Assembly (NCBI RefSeq): GCF_001194135.2
Contig: NC_069002.1
Coordinates: 22,459,761-22,523,760 of the forward strand
Source of the DNA: Octopus bimaculoides
Lineage: Eukaryota
DNA: 64,000 nucleotides
Reading direction: 5' to 3'
In this document: positions 40,657 to 56,100 of the stretch, in pieces
Layout of the letters: each line of letters starts with the position of its first letter
How positions within the stretch are numbered: position 1 is the stretch's first letter
Translations under genes and position numbers: made by a program
The notes under the pieces: generated by a model
The model's database searches: none
Told to the model about the DNA's origin: nothing
The model's input: only the letters and a program-made list of their open reading frames with translations

Positions 40657-43600
40657 TATGAACTTGGTGACAGCTGACTGATGATATTCAGAAACATTTA
40701 GGCCAAAGATACTAAACAATTTGCGTTAAATTATACTAATTAGTTTAATGAGTTAATGAACTGAAAGATACAAAAGAAAATTTGCACAAGAACAAGCTTT
40801 TTGCTGACATGACAGCAAGGGTTTTTCTCAAATTTATACAGTTTCCAGGCAGTTGCATTTAAACTAGCCATATCCAGCTCGAATATTCCACCGGTTTTAT
40901 GTTCAAACCAGCCAGATCTGGCCTCTCTCATCTACCCTACAATGTTATTCTAAAAAAATAAACAATCACATCACTGAAATCTCAAAGCTACAAGATAATG
41001 CAGGATTAAATTCAAAACAATGTGAATATAGAGGCATTTCATTTGACAGAGTAATCAAAATGCTAAAAGGTTGAAGGATAATTTATTGAGAGATCTAAGG
41101 GTTAAAACAAAATGACTTCAACACAACACTATCCCTTCAAATATACTCCCACACTTACAACTTTCATCCTCAGCAGTTGTAATTGTTACTCCTGGCTACC
41201 CTACCCTCATAGCGTTCAGGTTCTTTACGTGAATATACAGCAAACAGACCTGAACATAATCTCTAGATATTTTTAATCTTGGCAGATACTCCAAATGAAG
41301 AAATCTCAGGATCTATAATCTACTCTGGTCATAATTCTTTTATGATTATATAGACCAGTTTAATACTATTAGACTTTCAAAATACTAGCTATAACTAACA
41401 ACCATGTTTTTTTTTTTAAAAAAAAAGGACATTAAGTCATATTTCTAAAACTGAAATTATGTATGTTATTGCACCATGTTCTTCATTGCACACTAAAATT
41501 TTATTGATAACCTTGCTAAACAGAAAAGCTGAGTTAAAACCATAACACTTGCAGCACCAAAGCTGATGTAGGAAGTTAAATTATTTCTATGCTAAATTTT
41601 GAGTTTTAAAACAAAATCTTTGTATATTTAAAAGCAAACAATTACCTCCTTCCCTCCCACCCAGCAAACTTCTTACCACACAGCCATAGTTTTTTTTGTG
41701 TTATATAATCATAAATTACAATGAAGCTAATAATGATGTCGAATACTGGCACAAGACAGTGGCAGGAACTGGTGATTACATTGATCTCGGTTCATATGGA
41801 TATGGGTAATTCATTTTGTTGACTCTCAAAGGATGGAAAGTAAAGTTGGCTCTAGCAGAATTTGATTTCAGAACATAAAAAAGCCATCTAAATACTACAA
41901 GTAATCCAGTCCCACACCACCACAACAATAATACCTGGCTTTTCACCAGGTATTTTAGATAATCTTTCCTAATTTACAATGAGCAATTGACTGACTCTAA
42001 TCTAATCGTTTAATTATTTTCTTAGTGTTTCTCTATATTGCTAATGGAAAGAAAAAAAAAAAAAACAATTATAATTGGTATACGAGAGCTAATGTTACAT
42101 TGAATTGCCATCACAGTTGTTAGCTTGGCACTAAGTTTATTGGCTTGACAAGTCATAGCCTGGACTACAGATACCCCAAATCTGTTGCTGTTCAAACTTT
42201 GAATACAAGAATATGTATTCAAATAGCAAACAATTACAACAATTATATTGAGACAACACAGGAAACTATATTTTTGAAAATTAGAAATATAACAAAACAG
42301 TGAATCTATTGATGCTAAATAGACCGATAACACTCTCCCACCCCATACACACACACACTGGAATAACAAAGGATATGTAGTGTTTATCAAGCAACAGGGT
42401 AATCATTAAAGTTTCTACTTCCTTCAGTGTCATAAAAGACCAGGTGAGTCTGTTGCATTTCTTTCTTCAGGCAATTGACACCTGGCTAAATGTACAGGTA
42501 ACTCTTTTGGTATCAACCCATCTGAAACCACACCTGGTTTTATGATAGAAACTTCTTTCTTTGAAGTGGCTTAAATTAAAACCTTCCATCAAAATCTCGT
42601 GTCAATTTAGGTTTCAAACACCTGTTTAATCATGGCAGTTATTTTATTTCCATTCTTCATCATTTCCTAAATTAAGTGAAACTAAGGCAGTGTATTTCAA
42701 CAGAAATACTGTCATGAACACAGGCTCAACTTACTCGGAGGCTCAACTCAGTGACAGCTTACCACCATTCCATAGCGGTCACTCCCATATATTTTATTAA
42801 TTTTCTAATTATTTAGTCCGAGGTTCAGCTTGGTGCCATTGTGAAGAATGTACCTAGACTGCTGCAGTCCTGGGTACAAAGAATAGAGCAAACAAATGCG
42901 ATTAAGGCCCAGCAGCAGGAAAAGCAAGGAAGTGAATCAAGTTTTCTTTGGTGAAGGTGATACAGAGATCACAGAAACTGTTGTAGTAGTATTAGACAAG
43001 AAAGAAGGAGTGTACATTATGTTGGTGAACAAGTGGCTGTACATAAATGGCTCTGGTGTCAGGCTTAACGATGAGCATTCCAGTGTCCAGTCAACAAAAT
43101 AATTTGCCATTTCAAAAACAATGTAATTCTCACACAGAATCAGCATTCATCAAGGTTTATAACAAAGATGGCCATTAAAATTACAATTACACTCCATTCA
43201 ACAGATTTCCACACAATTTCTGTTCAATTTTGGGTCAACCCAACAAAATCATGAGACAACTGACCATGGTGCCATAAAGCGGGATTGAACCTGGCACTTC
43301 ATGATTACAAAGTGAGTTTCTTAACCATTTAACCAAGCCTGCACCTACTGGGCATACTATATCTTAGAACAGGGGTCCTCAGCCACTGAATTGTACATGA
43401 TTTGATACCAAACCACATGGAAACAAGAGATTTTAAAAATTTCATTTCTATTCTACTGACTATATCAGTCTGCTGGGTGTTTTTGTATTATATATGAATT
43501 ATATATATATAATTATCACCATCACTTAGTGTTCATTTTCCATGCAGGCATGGGTTACACAGTTTGACTGGAACTGATAAGCCAGAGAGTTGTACCAGGC

Positions 43601-46600
43601 TCCAGTCTGATTTTTGCTTGGTTTCTACAGCTGGATGCCTTTCCTAACACCAACTACTCCAAGAGTGTGGTGGGTGCCTTTTACGTGTCACCGACACAGG
43701 TGCTTTTGTGTGTCACCAGCATGGGTCTCATTTACTGTCACCAGCATAGGTACCATTCAGGTGTCACTGTCACAGGAGCCATTTACTGTCACTAGTACAG
43801 GTGCCTTCTATGTGCCATGCATTTTATTGTGTTTTGTTACGTGCATGATCTCTCTGCCTGTGGAGAAACTGTCTTGCATGAAGCTGCTCAGTGGTACAAA
43901 AAACGTTGAGAACTGCTGGGTAAGTAAAACCAATATCAATTCTTATTTTGAAAAAAACAAAACAAAAAAACATCAAGATTCTTGTTAGAGTATCATATAT
44001 AAAGATTTGAATTAATGATCCTAATCAATTAAGTGTAAAGACACAAATCATTAATCTATCACTCACCTCTTGTCTGCGCTGCAGGTCACTAGTATCTATT
44101 TTCTGTGCCCCAACAGCTGAGTATGGTGGGGCCTCCTCAGATGGGGTCATAATGGCTGGCTGTGATGCTGGTGGCTGTGAGGGTTGAGGAGCAGGAATGG
44201 TTGGCCGGGAAGCTGGAACCTGAAAGGAATTTTAGAAGAGAAACAAAATCTTAAGACATTCCTAAGATACACATGTGGGGAGCAGAACATAATATTAATT
44301 GATAAAAACATCTACTGTAGTTATATCCTTTCTACTGTGGAAATCAGATATAGCCACTCAAAATGTCATTAGCCTCAACTGCAGAAAGCAGTTTTAAATA
44401 CCAATCTATCTTTTTATGAGGATTGCCATGTTGGAAGTAATTTTTTGTTGTCAAGTTTGAGGCAAGATGACTTGCAGAAAATACCAATTCTATTTTTTGG
44501 TAGATATTTAACATTATTACTGGAATAACCATGGAATTTAATTTTGCAGTTAAAGGAATGTACAATGAAAAGAATAAAATTCTCTTCTACAAAGAAAAAG
44601 AAAACAATGTTACACAAGGTAACATCAATTTGTTTCTGAATTCATACCACCATATTGGAATTTCCAAACACAATTGGTTAGAAAATATTACTGGAACATT
44701 ATTACTACATAAACTTTGTTTTCAAGAAGAAATAACTGATGGCTGATTCATAACAAAATAATCTGTTCCTATATACAATGTCATATGATATTTTCTTTCA
44801 TCCTTTCAGGGGCAATAAAATTAAGTACCAGTTGAATACTGGGGTGAATGTAACTTGACTTACACTCCTCACTGAAATTGCTGGCCTTGTGCCAGCAATT
44901 TGAAACCAATATTTCCTGCAAGGTTTCTTGGCTATTTGTTTCCGTTGTATCTTATATTCCTCCATTAATCATTGCTAAATGGAAAAGAGTGATTCTGATG
45001 GCCAGAGTCATGCTCTAATGTCAAATGGGCCATGAAGTGAGAGGGGGAGCCTCAGACAACTGCACAATAACCATGAATGCATGAAATGGTAGCATAATCA
45101 ATCCACCAACAGGTACCATACAAGCAAATGACTTACTAGTTTAAACTAAGGCAACACTAAAATTAGCTGGCAACATTAGATTGGAACACGATACATTATC
45201 ATAATTTAACATCCGTTGACCTTGGATAAAACTGATTTTATTAATAAAATCATTTCAGATCAAAAACAATACAGCGTCAACAAGGGAGGTTCCATGCAGC
45301 TGCATAATCTGCTAGAAATAACAGCCAAATCACATCCTTCTGTCTTAAGAGAAGAGTAAACCGAATGTTATTCTAGAGGAACAGTGATTAGGGGCAGATT
45401 GGAACCAAAGGAAGAGAGTAGATTAGAACCAAGAATCTCACATTCTAACCATTCCTGTCACTCTCCCATCTTCAAACAAATAATGAATTTCTTTGAGTTC
45501 ACTCAAACTGTTAGAAATTGCAACCAAATTCAAACTAAAAATACATGGTACTGTTTTAAGAAAGACATATTGGCTAATGTAGTCCTAGGTACATTATATC
45601 AGAGCATAAGATGAAGTTGTCACTCCTAGAATAGCTTGGATCACATGTCTCCTGAACCAGGCTTCACTTAAGAGAAGGAAACAAGAGACATACACATAAA
45701 GCTTGACCTTGTGCTAAGCAACAACTTATGTCTCCTGAATCAAGCCTGACCTGAGGATAAACAACAAATAAATATTAATGAAGTTGAATAATTGTTGTTG
45801 AAAATGTACATTAAGAAAGAAATATTGAGAGTTCAAATCCAGATAAAGGTTACACATGATTGTACATGACGGCAGAGGATTACCAGAAAATAGTGACCAA
45901 AATGCAGTGTTGTATAAATAGATGAATAAAAAAAAAATATCAAAAAATCATATCTTTACAGTTAAGACAAGACAATCTCATGTGTCTTAATGTTATTGTA
46001 CAGTAAATCATGAAAGAACAATATCCTTTATTTGTAACTAAACAACAGAGAAATTTATTGAAAGCATAATTGGTCCAAGCAGGAAATGAAGGTGCATCGG
46101 CTAAGCAAGGAAAACTTTTAGATTCACAGACAGGCTTATTCACCATGACAACTAATTATATGATATCACCAATGATATCATACTAGAAGTGTCACATGAT
46201 GTTGGAGGTTGACCTAGATTTTATTAAATTAGAATATAGAAACTACACTTCAGTCTCTCAAGTATTTGTCCAACTAAGAACTAATTAAAATTAATATCAC
46301 TTTAAGACACTTTCTTAATAATATTATTAAATTAAATAAGTCTTTAGCATCAGGAAGAACAAACCAATATCAGAATACCGTTGTTCTTTGAAGAAGGACA
46401 ATTCTAGCAAGGAACACACACACACACACACAAGATGCAATTCACTTCATTAATTAATTGATCAATTTAATTAAAGTATCAAAGACTTTCATCACATGAT
46501 TTTCATTTTTCCAATGGTCCCCCTGCAACTGTTTTTTCAACCTTATAATGTCTAGCATTTATACATATTTAGGTTGTACCTCTGTGTATATGTCTATATG

Positions 46601-49600
46601 CACACACACACACACATGTACATATGGATACACAAACACACATATATACAATAACTGACAAAAAAACAACTCAAGCCTTGTTACCAACTGAGTTGACAAA
46701 GCAATATACAATAACAAAGCTGTGTGTGTGTGTGTGTTTGTGTGTGTGTGTGAGTAAAGTGAATGCAAACAAAAGCAAGAAAACACACAAACATACATAT
46801 AGATGCTCTGTAATACATGGCCGTGGAGGCGCAATGGCCCAGTGGTTAGGGCAGCGGACTCGCAGTCATAGGATCGCGGTTTCGATTCCCAGACCGGGCG
46901 TTGTGAGTGTTTATTGAGCGAAAACACCTAACAGCTCCACGAGGCTCCGGCAGGGGATGGTGGCGAACCCTGCTGTACTCTTTCACCACAACTTTCTCTC
47001 ACTGTTTCTTTCTGTTTTTGTTGTGCCTGTAATTCAAAGGGTCAGCCTTGTCACACTGTGTCACGCTGAATATCCCTGAGAACTATGTTAAGGGTACACG
47101 TGTCTGTGGAGTGCTCAGCCACTTGCACGTTAATTTCACGAGCAGGCTGTTCCGTTGATAGTATCAACTGGAACCCTCGACGTCGTAAGCGACGGAGTAC
47201 CAACAACAATACATGGCCAACATTATAAACACAGCAGCAGCAACACCCTAATTACAATTATATACTTACATGCATTTATATTTATACAAAGAAGCTTGAA
47301 TAATTATAATTAATAGACAGCAAGGATTATCAGAAAGGCTCTAAGTACTTGAAGCACTGCTGAAAACTTATGGGTACCTAAGGTTACAGGTAGTAACCTG
47401 CTACTCACATAAATCCTACCAGGAATAAGACCGAACCGGGGTCAAACCAAATAATAATAAAAAGAACACTCAGAGAGCACAAACCTCCACCAAAGCAACA
47501 CCAACGTCCTCTCAACAATTAACCGGAGATGATTTTTAAAATGATAATATCTGAGATCAACTCAACTATTCTCACAAACAAGAATACTAAAAATGAATCC
47601 GACCGCTCTCAAAAATTAAGTAAAAAACAGGAAAAATAATCCAGAATTCTTGTCCAATACCAGGTCGATCCCAAAATCTAATCAGTTTATGTCTGTCATG
47701 AGGCCAAACATCCCTGAAAGTTTCATCCGAATCCATCCAGCAGTGTTTGAGGCATCTTGTCCATGGACAAACAAGCAAACAAACACATCTGAAAACAATA
47801 CCCCCGTTTTCGCTAAGGCGGAGGTAGTAATCCTTTCTACTAAAGGCACAAGGTCTGAAATTTCAGTGGAAGAGGCAAACTGATAACATCAACCCAGTGG
47901 TCAACTGTTACTTATTTCATCAACCCTGAAAGGATGAAAAGCAAAGGTCACCTCAGCAGTGTTTGAAACTTAGCACTAAACACTTTGTTCAATATGCTAA
48001 TGATTTTGCCAGCCCACTGCACTGAATCCAGCTCATTGCTTTAATAATAATAATAATAATAATCCTTTCTACTAAAGGCACAAGGCCTGAAAATTTGAGG
48101 GAGGGGACTGGTCAATGATACTCAGTTTATCAACCCTGAAAGGATGAAAGGCAAAGTTGACTGTGGCGGAAGAACAGCAGGGAAGAATTAGATTTGGAAA
48201 GAATAGCATGGCACCATAGGCTGCTGTTAACAAGCTTACTGTGCATGCAAAACACCAGGAGTTCCAACAAAACCTGAGTTAAAAGAATAATAATAACAAT
48301 AGTTTCTAATATAGGTGCTTGGCCCCAAACTTAATGAGTCTGTAGCCAATTCAATCAACTCCAGTTTGAAGGAAAGTGGGGCAATAATGGGGTAGCGGTT
48401 AAAAAATTGGGGTGATAATGGGGTGGTGATTCATGTAAAAACAACAAAATAATGGGTTCATTAGGTTAAGTTTTATTTGTGAAATACAGTTGCTTTGAAT
48501 TTGCTTCAGAAAGAGGTGGTGGCACTAGGAATGTGGCCTGGGTGTCAAGGGAATGTCAGCCCGAAAAAGTTTGAGAACCACTGGTTTACTGTATTGCAGA
48601 ACTCCTCCAGCCCTTGCCAGACAGGAAATAAAGAAACTGCGATGGCAATACACTAAAGATTAAGACAATGAATCAAGTAAATATATTGATCTCTTTAATC
48701 AATATCATCATCATCACCATGATAAAGTTTATTTAAAACAATGATGATAATATCAAGACTATTGATTAGAGAAAATTGCCTGATTCATTGTCATCCCCAA
48801 GTAAAAGAAATTCAAAAAATATTTAGAAATATTGAAATTATAAATTTCCACCAACCCAATATCCTACCACACAACTTTTAAACTTTTAATGATTTTATTT
48901 AACCTTTAGCTGCTGGCTAAGTAACATTATATAATGATCCGAATAAGATCTGATACAAAGAAGAATGGACAGTTTAGTTTGACTGCAGACAACCTATCTG
49001 GAGTCAGTGGCAAGATAAAATATACCCAGTCAATAACAAAAGAAACAATAACAAAATTGGCTGGGTTTCTGTAGCTGTGTGTTTGTGTGTGTGTGTGTGT
49101 GCCAGATCAAATGGACCATAACGAGACACTATGAAACTCACCCAAGCCATCTCAAATTGGAAAAACCAGACATAAGATGATGATGAAGAGATAATCTTGT
49201 GTGCCAAAAATACCATTTTTAAAATCTATTCTTGTAGTTTTAATTAGTGACTAGTTGAATTTACTGGCTCATGAAAATTGATATCACATAAAGTCAACAA
49301 TCAAGGTGAATGACAGTGGTATATCTAAACTTGTGTTAGTGGACCACACTATTAACATATTTGTAATGAGATGAATAAATATAAAGTGGCTATTGGTAAG
49401 TAATACACGTCAATAGTGTTTGGCAAGGACAAAGAGCATAGAAGCAACCTATTTGCTCAGGAGTGAGTGAGTGAGTGAGTGAGTGAGTGAGTGAGTGAGT
49501 GAGTGTGAGTGTGAGTGTGAGTGTGTGTGTCCAAAGATATACATTACTATTATTATTAAGGTGGCAAGCTGGCAGAATCATTTGCACGGCAAGCAGAATG

Positions 49601-50152
49601 CTTGACAGTCGACTTTGCCTTTCATCCTTTCGGGGTCGATAAATTAAGTACCAGTTACGCACTGGGGTCGAGGTAATCAACTTAATCCCTTTGTCCTTGT
49701 TTGTCCCTTCTATGTTTAGCCCCTTGTGGGCAATAAAGAAATATGTATTTTGTCCACCTTTACATTCTGAGTACAAATTCCACTGAGGTCGACTTTGCCT
49801 TCCATCCTTTCAGGGTCGATAAGTGAAGTACCAGTCAAATACAGGGGGCAATGTAATCGACTAGTCCCCTCCCCACAAATTTCAGGCCTTATATCTTTAG
49901 TAGAAAGGATTATTAGTCTTATTATTGAAGTAATAAAGAATAAATAAATTAGTAATAAAGAATAAATAGATAAATAAATAAGGCGTAGGAGTGGCTGTGT
50001 GGTAAGTAGCTTGCTTACCAACCACATGGTTCCGGGTTCAGTCCCACTGCGTGGCATCTTGGGCAAGTGTCTTCTACTATAGCCTCGGGCCGATCAAAGC
50101 CTTGTGAGTGGATTTGGTAGACGGAAACTGAAAGAAGCCCGTCATATATATG

Positions 50153-50183
<31 letters not shown>

Positions 50184-53100
50184 CTGTGTTTGTCCCCCTA
50201 GCATTGCTTGACGACCGATGCTGGTGTGTTTATGTCCCCGTCACTTAGTGGTTCGGCAAAAGAGACCGATAGAATAAGTACTAGGCTTACAAAGAATAAG
50301 TCCTGGGGTCGATTTGCTCGACTAAAGGCGGTGCTCCAGCATGGCCGCAGTCAAATGACTGAAACAAGTAAAAGAGTAAAAGAGTGTAATAAAATCAACA
50401 AAACAAAAATTAAAAGTGTGTGTGTGTGCATGCGTGTGTGTGTGTGTGTGCATGCGTGTGTGCGTGTGTGTAAATTAGTTTCAGTAAAGCTTAAGGCTTT
50501 ATTTAAAAATGCTTAAGAATTTTACTAGGGGGTGGGGGTCTGATAAAGACTCAGTTGTGGGGAACCATTGTAATGAGTCTCACATCTGATGATAACAAGA
50601 ATTAAGCACTGAATATTGGTAATTTACAAAAGTTGCAAAAAAGCAAGTGTAATTAGTCATCTAACAGAATAGGGCAGGGCACAAACAGAAAAGGAACTAA
50701 ATGTTTTGTTTTAGGATTCTGAGAATGAAAACTCATCTCTTTCGATAGCTTTAAATACTTTAAATATATTCAACGGAACAGATGCACATCATCGTCATCA
50801 TCAAACATCCATTTTCCATGCTGGCATGAGTTGAACGGTTTCCTGAAAACTTGTAAGCCAAGTGCCACACATATTTCTTTAAAACCCATTTGGTACCAAC
50901 TCTGGTTCTATGACACAAACTTCCTGTTTTAAAGAAATCTAAATTAAAACCTTCCATCAAAAGTTCATGTTAATTGATGTTCCAAACCTCGGTTACTAAC
51001 GACAAGGTTATTCTACTAATTTCTTCATTATTTTTAAAATGAACTCAAAGTGCTCAACTGCAAAGATCTGCAACTGTCACTGAATCAGGAACTGCATGGA
51101 ATCAATTCAAATAATGTAATTGCTTGGGGTTGTAAACTGGAAGTAAATATTCTTTTGTGCAAGAAACAAAGATTAGCTTAATTTTAAGAAGGACTTCTTG
51201 TTGAAAGACTTCTCATTTGCACCATTTGTGTTTGTTACTTTCAAATTTATCAAGAGAATTTCTTAGCAATTATTCTTCCTTCAATATTCAAGCAAAATGG
51301 CAACACCTGAAGCAGTAAGTTAGAATTCAGGGATATTATTTATCAATTATTTATTTATTCATCATCGTCATTTAATGTCCATTTTCCATGCTGGCATAGA
51401 CTGAAAGGTTGGACAGGGTCCAACAGATCAGAGAATTGTGCCAAGCTCTAATATCCACTATGGCATGGTTTCTATGACTGAATGCCTCTGCTAATGTCAA
51501 TCACTTTACAGCGGGCACTGGATACTTTTTGCATCACTGGCACTAGTGAGGTTGCCAAGTAACTCACAAAACAAGACCCCCTTGACCGAGTGGGGGTCAG
51601 TGTAGTACAGTGGAAGGTGGCTTTATGCTAGATGTTGAGAGAGGCAAGAGTATGATAGAGAAACAGGAACAGGTGCCTTGCTGTAGAGGAGATACCAACA
51701 GAAGAGAGCAAAGACGATGGTGATGATGTTGTCAGGACATACCCTCACGGTGCAATAGGGTGAATATGAGGGGGGAGGACAGGGACAGAGGAACAAAAAT
51801 GTTGGGTGGGTGAATTTTTGAGAGAGGAAGGGTTAGCTGAAGGAAATAGGAGGTAAGTGGCAGTACAAAAGGAGAAAACTATAGGTGAGAAATAGGGAGA
51901 TGATGTAAGGGGAGAGGTGCATTGTGACAGGGATGGAGATCAGAGGTAGGGGTAATTATGGTGAAGAGTGATGAATTTGGGGGTGTGCATAGATGACCAA
52001 TAGGAGGGAGAGAGTTCAATGGAAAATACAGTAGTAGTAAGAGATGATAATGAGAATGTGGAGTGAGTGACATGGGGAGGTGGCTCCAAGGAGAGGGAAA
52101 ATTGGTAGCAAAAGAGTGGGGAATGAAATATGTGTGCATCTCATATAAGTACAAGAGCTGAGTAAAGAGTACTGTAATTAGAAGCATGCTGGTGGGATGG
52201 ATTTTAGCAAGATGAATTGTGGGGATGGCTTCACAGGGATAGATTGAGTGCAGAGGTACAGACAAACTAATAGGTTGTTAGGATCTCATTTTTGGTGAGA
52301 TAGATGGGTCTTCTTAGGCACAGCAAATCACCAGTCATCTAGTCCTGTCATCTCTTCTATGAGGCTCAACATCCCGAGATCAGTCTTCACTACTTTGTCC
52401 AAAGTCTTTCTGAGTCTTCTCCTTCCACAGGTCCCATCCATATTTAACAATTGCAGCTGTCCTTGTCCATACATATCACATGACCATACCAATGTAGTCT
52501 TCTCTCTTGCACATTACATCTGAGGACTCTTATGCCCAACTTTTCTCTCAATACATTTGCACTTTGTTGTATTTGTGACATTGCATTTCCAACAGAGAAT
52601 GCTAGCTTCATTCTCTTCTTGCCTTTCATTCCAAGAGAGAAAGTGACCTTTTGTTACTAGCAGAGGTAATAGTTCTCTGAACTTTCTACAATTAGTTCTT
52701 ATTCTAGCAACTACACTTCCCACTCACTGCTAATTAGGTCACCTAGGTACCTCTAAAGATCTTCTTAGGCATTCAAAAAAAATCTATTTCCTGTGTGCTC
52801 TTACTGCATATTGTTCCTGCACATCTGTCACATGCAAAGCCTACATTCCCTCGTTAATCTTCCTGAGATTCTACTACACCTCTTGTGTCCACAGTTTGCA
52901 CTGGATACACAATATGGACAGTTTACCAACACCTTTTCTACATATAGAATAAGGCCATCTACCTACCGGGATTACTGTCCTGTCTGTTTTCCTGCTAACA
53001 AGAACTTTGGTCGTCAGCACAGAGGAATTCCCACTGACACCCAGTTTTGAAATCCTCTATTGGAGGACTGTAATAAATAAAGAGGGGACTGAGAACAGAC

Positions 53101-56100
53101 CCCCAGCAAACTCCTATTTCCACACTGAATTCATTACTATACTCATTACTAACTCTCACCTTACTGACAGCACCCCTCTACACAACTTGAACAGTTCTCA
53201 ACCCCTAACTTCCACAGTGACCACCAAATCAGACAGCAAGGAACTCTGTCAAAAATTTCCTCCGGGCTGACAAATGCCAAGAACAGTTCACTTTTGGCTA
53301 AATGCTTCTCCTGCAGTTGTCTTCCTAGAAAGAGGCCATTATCAATGCGTCTTCCTGGCACAGAACTAAACTGCATCCCATCGAGGCTCACATTTTTATC
53401 CTAATTAACTGAGCTGTAACTCTTTCTGTAACTTTCAAGAACTAGTCCAGCAACTTGATCTCTGAAATTACTTCTAAGACATCTTTTTTACCCCTGTAAC
53501 AGCTGACTAGAATGTTGCTCCACCGGTTGTTGGGTATCACACCTTCCTGTATGACCTGACTGACCATGAAGGTGTTTATTAATGATGACCTGATTACAGC
53601 AGAAAGCTTGAACATGGATAAAATGATTAAAGTGACATTTCAATGTCATCTACAAACACCAGCTAAATTGTATCAGGATTAATTGATAGGGAGCAAGAGT
53701 GGAGTCATCATGTAATTGGTATTGCATTAATGCTTTTGTTAGAGAATGGTAAGAATTAAGAAAAAAATACATAACTTATAAATATATTTTAAATATGGGG
53801 TCTTAGTATACTGGTGGTTTTATGAGGAGAATGTAATTACTGTAATAAAAGTTAATAACATTAACTTGTTGGGCCTTTCAAAAATCTTTGAATGAAAGAG
53901 ATGAACGCATATCTTGTAATTCTTTGTCTAATGGGAGTTGTGCGACTTCCAAGTTAGAGATTAACTGGAGCACAAAATTAACTCTAAGACAGGAAATTAA
54001 TGCCCAGGAATTCATCATCATCATCATCATCATCGTTTAACGTCCGCTTTCCATGCTAGCATGGGTTGGACTATTTGACTGAGGACTGGTGCAACCGGAT
54101 GGCTACACCAGGCTCCAATCTAATTTGGCAGAGTTTCTACAGCTGGATGCCCTTCCTAACGCCAACCACTCAGAGAGTGTAGTGGGTGCTTTTACGTGTC
54201 ACCCGCACGAAAACGGCCACGCTCGAAATGGTGTCTTTTATGTGCCACCCGCACAAGAACCAGTCCAGGGGCNNNNNNNNNNNNNNNNNNNNNNNNNNNN
54301 NNNNNNNNNNNNNNNNNNNNNNNNNNNNNNNNNNNNNNNNNNNNNNNNNNNNNNNNNNNNNNNNNNNNNNNNNNNNNNNNNNNNNNNNNNNNNNNNNNNN
54401 NNNNNNNNNNNNNNNNNNNNNNNNNNNNNNNNNNNNNNNNNNNNNNNNNNNNNNNNNNNNNNNNNNNNNNNNNNNNNNNNNNNNNNNNNNNNNNNNNNNN
54501 NNNNNNNNNNNNNNNNNNNNNNNNNNNNNNNNNNNNNNNNNNNNNNNNNNNNNNNNNNNNNNNNNNNNNNNNNNNNNNNNNNNNNNNNNNNNNNNNNNNN
54601 NNNNNNNNNNNNNNNNNNNNNNNNNNNNNNNNNNNNNNNNNNNNNNNNNNNNNNNNNNNNNNNNNNNNNNNNNNNNNNNNNNNNNNNGCTGTTCGTACAC
54701 ATGCGTCATACAGTCTGCCTTGACGCATGTGTACGAACAGCCATGCTACATGGCAGTGAAACATGGGCTGTGACTGCTGAGGACATGCGTAAGCTCGCAA
54801 GGAATGAAGCCAGTATGCTCCGCTGGATGTGTAATGTAAATGTGCATACCCGTCAGAGTGTAAGTATCTTGAGAGAAAAGCTTGAGAGAATTGATATCTT
54901 TAAATGTTTACATGTAATTAACTTAACTGTATTCAATTTACCTTGGCATGTGAAAGTGACAGGACAACAGGTAATAAGCATGTTCACAGTGGACACCAAT
55001 AAGCATTATATTCTATCAGCAAATTCCATCCAAATTCATACAATAATTATATTTTTATGGTTTTTATATGAGACTAACTACATTTCAGTTAGTTTCTAAT
55101 AAGAGTAGGAAAATTAAAAATAGAAAAAGCTATAAGACTAAGAATTAAATTAAACAAAGTCAGTGTATTTCAGACAATGGGTTAAATTCTATTTTGCAGT
55201 TATTTACAACCAAAGACATTCACAGATTGTTCAGAATACTTTTGCTATTTAATATATATTCTACTTCACTAAATATTAATACTACATATGTATATTAAGG
55301 ACAATGAAAATGTTTGGAGATTGACCAAATTTAGTTCCAGTTTCAGTGAAGAAGGACAATTCTGTAAGAACATCAATATGTCACAACAGAATTAGCCTCA
55401 GCCATCCCCAATTCTCTCTCTCTCAAAATAAACACTTTGCTTCCAATATTCAATTTTGATAGGTGGATGCTTCCTAACTTTGACCTGGAAATAAGAATGA
55501 AATGGTGGGTTTTCTGGTATAAAGGGTGGGTAGTTAAATAAAGCTGTTTCTCAATTGAGGGCACAACAAAGTAGCACTTAGACTACTTTTCAACTAAAAT
55601 GGTCAACATTTTCAACCTTTCTCCATAACTATGGTAACCACTATCTGCATTGATGGGAAGCTGAGATGTATTCTGTGTCATTTAATAATGAAGGAGAGTT
55701 TTTTTTTTGTTTTTTTTTTGTGTGTGTCTTGAGGATAGTTATATCACTCAAATTAAATTAATTCCTCACAGAGGCTAATAACAAGATTCAGAAACAACAG
55801 AATAATTATCTTCCATTAATTTCCGAGAGTTGAATAGTTTTAAGAAGAAACTGAACATTACAACATCTCAGTCTTTCCTAAAAGGAAACCACTTTTAAAG
55901 AGTGGTAAGGAGAGATAACTCTGGTGATCTCAATTTCATGACTAGATTCAATCCCCATTTCAGAATGAGATATCATTTTACACCAGTCTCCTCTTTACCC
56001 TTAATACCAGAGGTAAACTGAGACTAAGACAATGTAGCTTGTTCTATGTTCTCTGATCTCAACAAGTTTAGATGAAGCTAAAAATCAAGTGAGGGGGTGG

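Noticed and set aside
42444-42503. Plus-strand gtgagt...ttcttcag|27 nt|gtaact micro-exon-like pattern
   Set aside because: The preceding intron would be only 27 nt, and no other plus-strand exons support an antisense gene.
46825-46900. tRNA-like sequence with A and B boxes (also at 462-530 and 49981-50050)
   Set aside because: There is no complete cloverleaf, and each continues into a SINE body and tail. These are SINE heads, not tRNA genes.
51879-52265. 128-aa His/Pro/Leu-rich minus ORF
   Set aside because: It lies in the purine-rich 3' UTR of a decayed LINE, and its composition reflects low complexity.
55395-55500. Strong minus-strand acceptor ttcattcttatttccag|GTC in intron 2
   Set aside because: The frame closes after 28 codons, there is no convincing donor, and there is no homology.
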